43,270 nucleotides of DNA, from the sequence record SRR20825006_314, one strand, 5' to 3'. Both the position numbers and the translations under genes were made by a program. Below the pieces are notes generated by a model, which was not told where the DNA came from, did no database searches, and saw only the letters and a program-made list of their open reading frames with translations. Within the stretch, counting starts at the first letter, position 1; each line of letters opens with the position of its first letter. Positions 1 to 8,158 of the stretch are shown here, one piece after another.

Positions 1-1229
1 TCGCGGACGAACCCACCACCGCGCTGGATGTGACCATTCAGGCGCAAATGCTGTCTTTGATGAAAGAATTACAGCGCGAATTTAACACCGGTCTGATTTT
101 AATCACTCACGATATGGGCGTGGTGGCCGAAATGGCGGATCGCGTGCTTGTGGTCAATCGAGGTGAAATGGTGGAAGAGGGGGATGTGAACGCCATCTTC
201 TCCACACCGAAGCAACCCTATACGCAAGAATTGTTGGCAGACTTGCCGAAGCTCGGTTCCATGCAAGGCACCGTGAAAGAATTGGCAGTGCCGCCAGCCG
301 CTCTTCAAATGGCGAAAGATCGTCCCTTATTGAAGGTCAAAGATTTGACTGTGCGCTTTGACATAATTGGTGGCGTGTTGCGGCGACCAGTTAAGCGCGT
401 GCATGCGGTTGAAAAAGTGTCGTTTGATCTGCGGGCAGGCGAAACCTTGTCGCTGGTGGGCGAAAGTGGCTGCGGCAAATCCACAACGGGCAGGGCGCTG
501 CTTAATCTGGTGGATTGGCAGGGCGAAATTGAACTGGAAGGGCAAAGCACCCGCACATTGTTCAAGCAAGACCCAATGGCCGCGCGGCGACAAATTCAAA
601 TGATTTTTCAGGACCCTTATGCGTCCCTTAACCCTCGCATGAGTGTAGGTGATTTGGTGGGTGAACCCCTCGTCATCCACCAAATCGGCACATCGGCTCA
701 GCGCAAGGAGCGTGTGGCAGATTTGTTTAAGCGCGTGGGGCTGTCACCAGATCAAATGGATAGGTATCCGCATGAATTTTCCGGTGGCCAGCGTCAGCGC
801 ATTTGCATTGCGCGGGCTTTAGCCTTGAACCCGAAAATCATTGTGGCTGATGAAAGCGTGTCTGCACTGGACGTGACGGTGCAAGCGCAAGTTTTGGATT
901 TGCTGCAGGAGTTGCAGGAAGAATTGGGCCTATCCTACATCTTTATCTCACACGATATGGCAGTGGTTGAACAGGTTAGCCATCGCGTCGCCGTTATGTA
1001 TATGGGGCAAATTGTGGAGATTGGTGCGCGTGAAGCCGTGTTTGAAAATCCGGCTCATGATTATACCAAAGCTTTGCTGGAGGCCGTGCCAATTCCAGAC
1101 CCGACCATTAAGCGCGAGCGGATTTTGATGAGCGGTGGTGAGATTCCTAGCCCGGTGCATGGGCTGAATTATCAGCCGCAATATGTCGATTTAAAACACA
1201 TTGCGGCCGAACATTATGCTGCGATTTAG
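1..1229 (+). CDS. Dipeptide/oligopeptide ABC transporter ATP-binding protein with duplicated ATPase domains (5'-partial)
   Basis: Frame is open from the window edge (ADEPTTALDVTIQAQ, Walker B/D-loop of domain 1). Domain 2 has Walker A GESGCGKS, signature FSGGQRQR and IIVADESVSALD. Confidence 0.93.
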   Translation, partial: ADEPTTALDVTIQAQMLSLMKELQREFNTGLILITHDMGVVAEMADRVLVVNRGEMVEEGDVNAIFSTPKQPYTQELLADLPKLGSMQGTVKELAVPPAALQMAKDRPLLKVKDLTVRFDIIGGVLRRPVKRVHAVEKVSFDLRAGETLSLVGESGCGKSTTGRALLNLVDWQGEIELEGQSTRTLFKQDPMAARRQIQMIFQDPYASLNPRMSVGDLVGEPLVIHQIGTSAQRKERVADLFKRVGLSPDQMDRYPHEFSGGQRQRICIARALALNPKIIVADESVSALDVTVQAQVLDLLQELQEELGLSYIFISHDMAVVEQVSHRVAVMYMGQIVEIGAREAVFENPAHDYTKALLEAVPIPDPTIKRERILMSGGEIPSPVHGLNYQPQYVDLKHIAAEHYAAI

Positions 1230-1230
1230 G

Positions 1231-1410
1231 TTAGCTTTTTGGTCCCAAAAGGTACCAAATGATCAAGCCGACCAATGGCAGGAACAAGATGATCAAAATC
1301 CAGAGGATTTTTGACATTGTTGAACTAGATGATTGGGCGATTTTGATAATTGCCCAGATGTCGAGAATGAGAATAATCAGCCCTAAAAGGCCACCAACTT
1401 CAAAACCCAT
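1231..1410 (-). CDS. Small membrane protein, stand-alone PLDc_N-like domain, 59 aa (not in ORF track)
   Basis: Manual translation MGFEVGGLLGLIILILDIWAIIKIAQSSSSTMSKILWILIILFLPLVGLIIWYLLGPKS. AAGGA RBS. K-x-x-W...P-x-x-G-x-I-x-Y pattern. Lies directly downstream of mscS. Confidence 0.85.
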   Translation of the reverse strand: MGFEVGGLLGLIILILDIWAIIKIAQSSSSTMSKILWILIILFLPLVGLIIWYLLGPKS

Positions 1411-1442
1411 TTTATTGTCCTTTCATGATGTGCGGCGTGGCT

Positions 1443-2327
1443 TTAAGCGTTTGCGGCACTTTTTTGATTGTCGTTTAGGCTTTCGATTAGTTCGTCTTGC
1501 ACCATGATTTGGCGATGAGGATATGGAATTTCAATCTCTGCCTTATCCATGGCTTTTTTCACCGCTTCCAGCACAGCCATGCGGGCAGCGTAGAAGTCGT
1601 CTGTTGTGGTCCACCAGCGGGCACGCAGATTGACCGAGCTATCAGCAAAATCCCACACGCCAATGTCTGGTTCTGGATCTGTCGATACGGCTTCAATTGA
1701 TTTAATCGCCTCTAGGATTGTCGCTTTGGCGTGGTCGATATCCGCGTCATAGCTGATGCCGAATTGATAGTCGGTCCGCATGATTGGGTCGCGGGTGACA
1801 ATGGTGAACGCATTGGTGAACACTTCACCATTGGGGATGGAGACATCCTGACCGTCAAATGTGCGTATCCAAGTGGATCGCGTGGAGATTTCACGCACTA
1901 TGCCCTCATAGCCTTCGGCCTTAATCCAATCACCTGCGCGGAAGGGTTGGCGCAGCAAAATGATGAGACCTGCCAAAAAGTTTTGCAAAATATCGCGAAA
2001 GGCAAAGCCGATGGCGACAGAGCCAACGCCCAATATTTGGATCAATTCTGCGGCGCCGACGCTTGGCGCGATTATGGCGACAGCCACAAGCAGGCCGGCA
2101 AAAATAATCGCCATATGCGCGATGCGGCCAAGGGCCAAGCCAACACTTCTGTTGGCGCGGCTCGCGACGATTTTTGTGGTGATTTGTTTGACAAAACCCG
2201 CAATGACCAAAATCACGATGAACACAAACAACGCGATTAAGATCTGCGGGACCATGGCAAAGAAGCCTTGGATCATTTCAGATACAGTGTCGATAGAGGT
2301 GTTTGCCTGCTCGACAAGCGGTTCCAT
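1443..2327 (-). CDS. mscS: Small-conductance mechanosensitive channel, MscS family
   Basis: GVGSVAIGFAFRDILQNFLAG, QPFRAGDWI, IPNGEV and EIPYPHR motifs. ATG at 2327 has a GGGAG RBS. Confidence 0.92.
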   Translation of the reverse strand: MEPLVEQANTSIDTVSEMIQGFFAMVPQILIALFVFIVILVIAGFVKQITTKIVASRANRSVGLALGRIAHMAIIFAGLLVAVAIIAPSVGAAELIQILGVGSVAIGFAFRDILQNFLAGLIILLRQPFRAGDWIKAEGYEGIVREISTRSTWIRTFDGQDVSIPNGEVFTNAFTIVTRDPIMRTDYQFGISYDADIDHAKATILEAIKSIEAVSTDPEPDIGVWDFADSSVNLRARWWTTTDDFYAARMAVLEAVKKAMDKAEIEIPYPHRQIMVQDELIESLNDNQKSAANA

Positions 2328-2370
2328 ATTATTTCTCCCCAAATACACAATTGTGCGCTTGGTAAGAAAT

Positions 2371-2395
2371 AACGGGCAACGCCGGATTTGGTTCC
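2371..2395 (-). promoter_or_regulatory. EcfG (sigma-T/RpoE2-type) promoter for mscS-PLDc_N
   Basis: Exact GGAAC-N16-CGTT on the minus strand, 44 nt upstream of the mscS ATG. Confidence 0.88.
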
Positions 2396-2433
2396 GAATT
2401 AATCCAGTCTATTGTTCAAATGACACAATAAAA

Positions 2434-4029
2434 TCAACGGCTCAGTGGAATATCGATAATAACGCTCAGGCCGTCTTTATCGAATTCACGTTCAATGCTG
2501 CCGCTTAATTCTCCGCGAATATTTGCGTCGATCAATTTAGTGCCGAACCCCTTCTTGTCCGAAGGTGGATTTGCATTTTCCGCAAACTCACGCCAATGCA
2601 GCTTTAGTCTGCGTTTGGCTTTTTTGCCTGAGAGACTCCATTCAACCTTCAACCTGCCGCCTGGTTCTGTCACCCCGCCATATTTAAGCGCGTTGGTTGC
2701 CAGTTCGTGGCATACAAGGCCGATGGCTTGCGTGGCTTGTTCGTTCAGTTCGGTTTTAGGGCCTTCCAGCACCACATGGTCGGAACCGTCGCCAAACACT
2801 TGTTCCAGCTCGGCGCTGAGCAGGGTGCGCAAATCGGCGCGTTGCCATTTGGAGCGTGTCAGCAAATCTTGGGATTTGGACATGGCGTGCAAGCGGGCCG
2901 TGAAGCTTTCTGAAAAATCTTCAATCGTCTCGGCGCTATTGGCTGTTTGCCGGGCAATGGCCAGCACGCGCGCAATAGAGTTTTTGATCCGATGCCGCAT
3001 TTCTTGCAGCAGCATTTCTTTCTCTTTTAGCGTCTCTTCCACCAGCCGCTTCACTTCATGCGCCTGGCGCACGGCATTTTGCTGCGCCACAATGGCGATG
3101 GCCAATGCAAAGGCCAAAATGGCAGACAAAGTGCCCAAGATGAGTGAACTTAGATGCGGGAAGGGGGCGTCATAAAAGATAGAAGTTTCGTGCAGTTCAA
3201 TGTTCCAAATGCGACCGGCAAATTCCAATTCACGCACCACATTATATGTGGCGTTCTCTGGCGCGAACTTTGCTGTTTGAAACAAAAACTGGTCGCCATC
3301 GGATGAGCGCAAAGCAACGCCACGCGTTTCCTGCGGTGTGAGCGCCGCCAGATGAAGATCGCCAGCACGGAATGGGGCATAGATAAAGCCGCGCACTTCG
3401 TCCTCAACAATGGTTGAGGCATCTGAGCGGCCAAAGGGGAAATAGACCAAAAAGCCGGCCTGTTTGTGGCTTGTGATTTCCTGCACCAATTCTACCGGGG
3501 CGCTCGCGGCGGCCTGACCACTTTGTAGTGCGCGCATAATTGCGGCGCGGCGTGAAGGCTCTTCAAACATATCGTAGCCCAAAGCGGCTTTGTTGCGCTC
3601 GTCCTGCGGTTCAAGCAGCACAATTGGGGTGCGATATTCTTGTTCAGTTTCCGGCCAAACGGCACGGCCTAGTGCGTAATTGGTTGAAATATCAAGCTGC
3701 GCTTTGATCTCCTCGCCCGTTTTGATGAAACGAGCATAACCAATGCCTTGAATGCCCGCATACTGGTCGTCAATGCCAAGTCCAGCAACAAATTGTTTGA
3801 ACGCGGTGCCATCGACTTCACCGTCAGTCGCAGCGAAAAGCGCACGCGTGGCAGAAAGAAGCGCGATATGTTGGCGCAACCGCTCACGCAGCTGGTTCAC
3901 GGCTTCTTCGGCCATAATTTCAAATCGTTTCTGCTCAGCATTAAGCTCCGCGCGATAGACGACGGTGGTCATGCCAATGCCTAGGCTGGTGACCAGCAAG
4001 AAAACGATAAATGGTAAAAAGCGCTTCAT
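2434..4029 (-). CDS. Membrane-bound CHASE-domain HWE-type sensor histidine kinase
   Basis: N-terminal TM, CHASE-like region (ALGYDMF...R.AI.RA), second TM, H-box EMRHRIKN, N-box HELATNALKYG, WRE and GFG motifs. Confidence 0.9.
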   Translation of the reverse strand: MKRFLPFIVFLLVTSLGIGMTTVVYRAELNAEQKRFEIMAEEAVNQLRERLRQHIALLSATRALFAATDGEVDGTAFKQFVAGLGIDDQYAGIQGIGYARFIKTGEEIKAQLDISTNYALGRAVWPETEQEYRTPIVLLEPQDERNKAALGYDMFEEPSRRAAIMRALQSGQAAASAPVELVQEITSHKQAGFLVYFPFGRSDASTIVEDEVRGFIYAPFRAGDLHLAALTPQETRGVALRSSDGDQFLFQTAKFAPENATYNVVRELEFAGRIWNIELHETSIFYDAPFPHLSSLILGTLSAILAFALAIAIVAQQNAVRQAHEVKRLVEETLKEKEMLLQEMRHRIKNSIARVLAIARQTANSAETIEDFSESFTARLHAMSKSQDLLTRSKWQRADLRTLLSAELEQVFGDGSDHVVLEGPKTELNEQATQAIGLVCHELATNALKYGGVTEPGGRLKVEWSLSGKKAKRRLKLHWREFAENANPPSDKKGFGTKLIDANIRGELSGSIEREFDKDGLSVIIDIPLSR

Positions 4030-4112
4030 ATAGGGCTTAAATCTCCGCGTCAGATTTTATATGACCAAACAGAATTGGCCGCAAGATGGTCCATGTACGG
4101 TTTGGTCTTAGA

Positions 4113-4137
4113 GGAACAATTGCCTTTAATTAACGTT
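4113..4137 (+). promoter_or_regulatory. EcfG promoter for csbD
   Basis: GGAAC-aattgcctttaattaa-CGTT (N16). Confidence 0.9.
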
Positions 4138-4167
4138 CTTCTTTCACAGCTAAGAAAGGAGAATATC

Positions 4168-4401
4168 ATGACTTGGCAAAACAGCTCAGCCAAATGGGAG
4201 CAAATCTCTGGCAAATGGGAGCAATTTAAAGGCGAAGCGCAAGTGCAGTGGGGTAAACTCACGGATGATGATCTCGATGTTATTGACGGGAACCGCAAAA
4301 AGCTTGTGGGCAAATTGCAAGAGAAATACGGGAAAGCCCAGGAAGACGTTGAAGAAGAAGTCGATCTTTGGATCGTAAATTCACGTCTGGATGAGCACTG
4401 A
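4168..4401 (+). CDS. csbD: CsbD/YjbJ family general stress protein, 77 aa
   Basis: WEQISGKWEQFKG...WGKLTDDDLDVIDGNRKKLVGKLQEKYG. AAGGAG RBS before ATG at 4168. Confidence 0.92.
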   Translation: MTWQNSSAKWEQISGKWEQFKGEAQVQWGKLTDDDLDVIDGNRKKLVGKLQEKYGKAQEDVEEEVDLWIVNSRLDEH

Positions 4402-4423
4402 TAATCCAGTGAAACTCAGAACC

Positions 4424-4453
4424 AAAATGGCGGCCATTCTGGTCGCCTTTTTT
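4424..4453. terminator. Intrinsic terminator between convergent csbD and HWE kinase, probably bidirectional
   Basis: AAAA-t-GGCGGCCA-ttc-TGGTCGCC-TTTTTT. Confidence 0.7.
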
Positions 4454-5441
4454 ATGCGTTAGAGGGGAAAGATATGGCATATCTCAGGGTATCCTCGCTG
4501 CGCGTATAGTCTGCCTTGCCACCAACGGCGTTTGGCACAACTCTCTCTAAGATCGTGCTTCCGAAACGTTTTTCAGTTTGTTCTTCTTGTTCGTCTTTGG
4601 TTGGCTCCGCCCAGTTCAACGTTAGGGTAGGGGTGGTACTGTGCAGTTGCTGCAATTTTGTGGAGACAATAATTTGCTTTTGCTCTTGTACAAAGCATCC
4701 GTAATTTACAGCATTGGACAGTAATTCATGGAGTGCTAAACCAATATGCACCGCGGCATTGGGGCTGATCACCACATCCTCACCTTCAAAAACCACAAGC
4801 TTTTTGATCTGCAATGGAAAATAGCTAAGTTGACGCTCCAACATGTCTTTCAAGCTTGAGCCTTGCCAGTCTGTTTCCATGATTGAATCTTGAGACAGCG
4901 AAAGGCTTTGCAGACGGCCATGAAAGCTTTCCACAAATCGTTCCAATGTTGGGGCATGTCTTGCTGTTTGTGAAGCAACGCTTTGGATGATGGCCATCAG
5001 ATTTTTGGACCGGTGGCTGACTTCTTTGAGCAATGTGCGCAAGGTTTTTTCGCGCCGCCGTTCGTCGGTCAAATCATTTACAGTTGTGAAAACTTGTTTG
5101 CCATCTTCGCGGTCGAAGACTTGTTCAACCAAAAAGTGGTAGGTGCGTCCGTGATCATCCAGCCATTCGAACTCATGTTTTTGGCCAGTTTCGAGGATCT
5201 TTTGCTTCTCTTTTGTGAGTTTTTCGCCCAGTCTTTTGCCAAAGATGCTGAGGTCGGAAGGCGTGTCTTGGGTGTTTGGCGAATTCCAATCAGTGGGGAG
5301 GTTGGCAATATATTGATATTGCAATTGTTCATCTTGCAACATCACGCAAACACCTGAACGAACCAGGGCGAAGGTAAGGTAATCCCGCTGTCGGTTTGGG
5401 TCTGTTTGCTGTTTTTCCCAAGTGAGTGAATGAGTGTGCAT
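4452..5441 (-). CDS. Cytoplasmic HWE-type histidine kinase with PAS-like N-terminus (PhyR-associated)
   Basis: EVSHRSKNL H-box, HELLSNAVNYG N-box, WAE and RFGS. No TM segment. Located near phyR. Confidence 0.88.
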   Translation of the reverse strand: MHTHSLTWEKQQTDPNRQRDYLTFALVRSGVCVMLQDEQLQYQYIANLPTDWNSPNTQDTPSDLSIFGKRLGEKLTKEKQKILETGQKHEFEWLDDHGRTYHFLVEQVFDREDGKQVFTTVNDLTDERRREKTLRTLLKEVSHRSKNLMAIIQSVASQTARHAPTLERFVESFHGRLQSLSLSQDSIMETDWQGSSLKDMLERQLSYFPLQIKKLVVFEGEDVVISPNAAVHIGLALHELLSNAVNYGCFVQEQKQIIVSTKLQQLHSTTPTLTLNWAEPTKDEQEEQTEKRFGSTILERVVPNAVGGKADYTRSEDTLRYAISFPSNA

Positions 5442-5460
5442 AGAGGGTTCTTAAATTGAA

Positions 5461-5491
5461 TTACAGGCGGTGCCAAAGGCACCACCTGTAA
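5461..5491 (-). terminator. Hairpin (terminator or attenuator) downstream of the DUF1328 gene
   Basis: TTACAGGCGGTGCC-aaa-GGCACCACCTGTAA, a 14-bp stem with one G-U pair on the minus strand. Weak U-tract. Confidence 0.6.
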
Positions 5492-5505
5492 GATTTATAC
5501 CATTT

Positions 5506-5673
5506 CTATGGTTTCCGCCGAACAAATCCGGTGATCACTGAAACGACCAAGAAGATCAGGAACAGATAGAACAAGATCTGCGCGATACCTGCTGATGCGC
5601 CGGCAATTCCGGAGAAACCAAATATACCTGCAATTACGGCGACAGCCAAAAAGATCAGTGCATAATAAAGCAT
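5506..5673 (-). CDS. DUF1328 (YtjA/UPF0391) small membrane protein, 55 aa (not in ORF track)
   Basis: Manual translation [64 protein letters not shown]. Confidence 0.93.
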   Translation of the reverse strand: MLYYALIFLAVAVIAGIFGFSGIAGASAGIAQILFYLFLIFLVVSVITGFVRRKP

Positions 5674-5703
5674 TGTTTTTTCTCCTTTTGTTACTGTCTA
5701 ATA

Positions 5704-5728
5704 AACGCCGCTAGGCCGATTTGGTTCC
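5704..5728 (-). promoter_or_regulatory. EcfG promoter for DUF1328, with -35 inside the phyR 3' end
   Basis: Exact GGAAC-N16-CGTT on the minus strand. Confidence 0.88.
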
Positions 5729-6517
5729 CTCCTCGGCGCTGTGACCATCAAAAAACAGTGCTTGGCTGATCAATGCTTTCACTGTTTCTTCGCGGAATGG
5801 CTTGGTCACCAAGAAAGTTGGCTCAGGCCGTTCACCTGTGAGCAAGCGTTCAGGATACGCTGTGATGAAAATCACAGGTAACGCATCTTGCGCCAAAATT
5901 TCGTTCACCGCATCAATGCCAGAGCTGCCATCGGCCAATTGAATGTCAGCCAACACCAAGCCTGGGCGTTCTTTTGCGAAAAGTTCGCGGGCTTCGTCGT
6001 GGGTGCGGGCAATGCCGGTGACGGAATGGCCAAGATCATCCACCAATTGCTCAATATCCATGGCAATGAGCGGCTCATCTTCAATGATCATGACGCGGGT
6101 TGTGACCTGACGTGCAATATCTTGGTGCGCCTGATCCAGTAGCTGCAGTACATTCGCGCGATCTGTATCGAGAATCTCAGCAATTTCATCATGTGAAAAT
6201 TCTTCAACACTGTGCAGCAAAAATGCATGGCGTGCATTTGATGGCATGGCGGAAAGGTTCGCAGTGGCGCGTTTTTCCCAGCTGAAGGGACTGTCCATCG
6301 CCTGCAAATCTACTTTTGCAGAATTATGCAGAATGCAGAATAATTTATAGATAGCAACTTTGTCGCTTGATGCTTTTGGGAAGCTGCTTACATCTTCAAT
6401 AAGTGTTTCCAACAGCAGCGCAACATAGGCGTCGCCAGAAGATTGAGAGCCAGTTGTGGCCCGGGCGAAGCGTCTCAAATAAGGTAGGTGAGCCGCGATA
6501 CGTGTGGATAGTGACAT
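5711..6517 (-). CDS. phyR: Anti-anti-sigma response regulator PhyR
   Basis: Sigma-like N-terminus MSLSTRIAAHLPYLRRFARATTGSQSSGDAYV. Receiver domain IIEDEPLIA...LADIQLADGSSG...FITAYPERLLTGERPEP. ATG at 6517 has a GGAG RBS. Confidence 0.96.
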   Translation of the reverse strand: MSLSTRIAAHLPYLRRFARATTGSQSSGDAYVALLLETLIEDVSSFPKASSDKVAIYKLFCILHNSAKVDLQAMDSPFSWEKRATANLSAMPSNARHAFLLHSVEEFSHDEIAEILDTDRANVLQLLDQAHQDIARQVTTRVMIIEDEPLIAMDIEQLVDDLGHSVTGIARTHDEARELFAKERPGLVLADIQLADGSSGIDAVNEILAQDALPVIFITAYPERLLTGERPEPTFLVTKPFREETVKALISQALFFDGHSAEEGTKSA

Positions 6518-6557
6518 AAATTTCTCCATTCCCCAGAACAGGTATACTTCTACACCA

Positions 6558-6582
6558 AACGCGCGCTTCAAAAAAAAGTTCC
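6558..6582 (-). promoter_or_regulatory. EcfG promoter for phyR
   Basis: GGAAC-N16-CGTT on the minus strand. Confidence 0.9.
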
Positions 6583-6590
6583 AACGGGTG

Positions 6591-6615
6591 GGAACTTTTT
6601 TTTTAGAGCGGCGTT
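6591..6615 (+). promoter_or_regulatory. EcfG promoter for nepR-ecfG
   Basis: GGAAC-tttttttttagagcgg-CGTT (N16), back-to-back with the phyR promoter. Confidence 0.9.
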
Positions 6616-6657
6616 TATTGTACAGCACTACGTAGTTTTCGAGAAATAGGCCGTGTA

Positions 6658-6861
6658 ATGACAAAGAATGCCAACAAAAATGGCGTACACCTAAATGGAA
6701 ATGCCGCAGGGTCGGCAGATGGAAGTGAAATGATTTCAGAAAAACTGAAGCAATTATACGATTCCGTATGTGATGAAGGTATTTCTGACCGGTTTTTGGA
6801 TTTGTTGGAAAAGCTGGACGCTGCGGAGAAAAATTCTTCTGATGAGGAGCAATCCTCATGA
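6658..6861 (+). CDS. nepR: Anti-sigma factor NepR
   Basis: ISEKLKQLYDSVCDEGISDRFLDLLEKLD core. ATGA overlap with the sigma factor gene. Divergent from phyR. Confidence 0.93.
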   Translation: MTKNANKNGVHLNGNAAGSADGSEMISEKLKQLYDSVCDEGISDRFLDLLEKLDAAEKNSSDEEQSS

Positions 6862-7418
6862 GTGAGTCTAAACAGACTGATCCTTTTAAGCGCGAGCTTT
6901 TAAGTTGCTTGCCGGGCTTGCGTGGTTTTGCCATTTCATTGATTGGTCGACATGACCGTGCTGATGATTTGGTGCAAGACACGATTGTGAAGGCCTGGGC
7001 CAACAAAACAAAGTTTGAGCCTGGCACCAATATGAAGGCATGGCTGTTCACCATTTTGCGCAACGAATTTTATTCGCAAATGCGCAAGAAGGGTCGTGAG
7101 GTTCAAGATACGGATGGTGCCTTCACCGATTCATTATCTACCCACGCAGCTCAACAAGGGTCCATGGACTTGCAGGACTTCAAAAAAGCGCTCAGCCAAT
7201 TGCCGGACGATCAACGCGAAGCCATTGTTTTGGTGGGTGCATCTGGTTTGTCTTATGAAGAAGCAGCCGAGATTTGTGGTTGCGCTATTGGCACCATCAA
7301 AAGTCGCGTTAATCGTGCGCGTGAGAAGTTGAAAGAGATTTTGGACGTCTCTGGGCATCAAGATTATGGTCCAGACGCTGGAACTTCCGCGGTGACAAAA
7401 GCACCGATTGCACTTTAG
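6858..7418 (+). CDS. ecfG: ECF15 general stress sigma factor EcfG (SigT/RpoE2)
   Basis: ADDLVQDT..KAW, FEPGTNMKAWLFTILRN, SYEEAAEICGCAIGTIKSRVNRAR. phyR/nepR context. Confidence 0.95.
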   Translation: MSESKQTDPFKRELLSCLPGLRGFAISLIGRHDRADDLVQDTIVKAWANKTKFEPGTNMKAWLFTILRNEFYSQMRKKGREVQDTDGAFTDSLSTHAAQQGSMDLQDFKKALSQLPDDQREAIVLVGASGLSYEEAAEICGCAIGTIKSRVNRAREKLKEILDVSGHQDYGPDAGTSAVTKAPIAL

Positions 7419-7438
7419 ATAAGTGCAATATCCTCACC

Positions 7439-7468
7439 AAAAAGCAGGGCGCAAGCCCTGCTTTTTTT
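7439..7468 (+). terminator. Intrinsic terminator after ecfG
   Basis: AAAAAGCAGGGC-GCAA-GCCCTGCTTTTTTT. Confidence 0.88.
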
Positions 7469-7489
7469 ATTTCCATAAATTTGATGCAC

Positions 7490-7516
7490 AAAAAAGGGTC
7501 GGTGGAAACCGACCCT
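7490..7516 (-). terminator. Intrinsic terminator after dps
   Basis: Minus strand AGGGTCGGT-TTCC-ACCGACCCT-TTTTT. Confidence 0.85.
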
Positions 7517-7542
7517 GATCACATATCTATGTTGAGATGATG

Positions 7543-8055
7543 TTATTCGCTTGCTGTTGCGCGGAGCATCCAGATTGCCTTTTCGTGGAAGGCCAAGCGT
7601 TCTGTCATCAGATCTTCAGTCACCATATCTTTGTTGTCGCCAGCTTTCTCGGCTGCTTCGCGCATTTTGCGACAAATCGCTTCGTGTTCGGCGATCAAAT
7701 CGTCCACCATGTCGATGGCGGTTAGGTGTTCAACTTCTTTGCCTTCTGGCGCAAATTCTGATGCATTGCCGATTGTATATGGTGCAACATTGCCCAAAGC
7801 GCGCACGCGTTCGGCAATCACGTCAATTGCAGCGAACAAATCTTCATAGTGCTCTTCGGTCAATTCGTGCAGCGGTTTGAACAATGGGCCAACCACATTC
7901 CAGTGATAAACGTGACTTTTGATCATCAAGCGATAGCTGGCGCCCAAAACATCAGACAATGTTTTGGAAATGTCTTTGCGGAAGCCCTCATCGAGGCCAG
8001 TATTAATGTCTTCTGACGTTGATTTGGCATTCATAATTGATGAAACATTGGACAT
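7543..8055 (-). CDS. dps: Dps family DNA-protection / ferritin-like protein
   Basis: KSHVYHWNVVGPLFKPLHEL...DVIAERVRALG...HEKAIWML ferroxidase motifs. Confidence 0.95.
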   Translation of the reverse strand: MSNVSSIMNAKSTSEDINTGLDEGFRKDISKTLSDVLGASYRLMIKSHVYHWNVVGPLFKPLHELTEEHYEDLFAAIDVIAERVRALGNVAPYTIGNASEFAPEGKEVEHLTAIDMVDDLIAEHEAICRKMREAAEKAGDNKDMVTEDLMTERLAFHEKAIWMLRATASE

Positions 8056-8130
8056 AGTTTTATCCTTTCGTTGAAGGCTTTTACTTTGTTATTGCAGGGC
8101 GAATGGGCTCAGCCCCGCTCTCATTATCAA

Positions 8131-8155
8131 AACGGATTGGGCGGGCTTTGGTTCC
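8131..8155 (-). promoter_or_regulatory. EcfG promoter for dps
   Basis: Exact GGAAC-N16-CGTT on the minus strand. Confidence 0.88.
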
Positions 8156-8158
8156 CAA

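Noticed and set aside
1259-1507. 82-aa plus-strand ORF in the track
   Set aside because: Shadow of the minus-strand PLDc_N gene (1231-1410) and the mscS 3' end.
4191-4224. Direct repeat caaatgggagcaa x2 in csbD
   Set aside because: Encodes KWEQ...KWEQ, in line with the normal CsbD W-x6-W pattern. Not a DNA element.
5711-7063. 450-aa ORF suggesting an N-terminally extended PhyR
   Set aside because: The extension is antisense to nepR-ecfG and crosses phyR's own promoter. The canonical PhyR start MSLSTRI at 6517 has an RBS.
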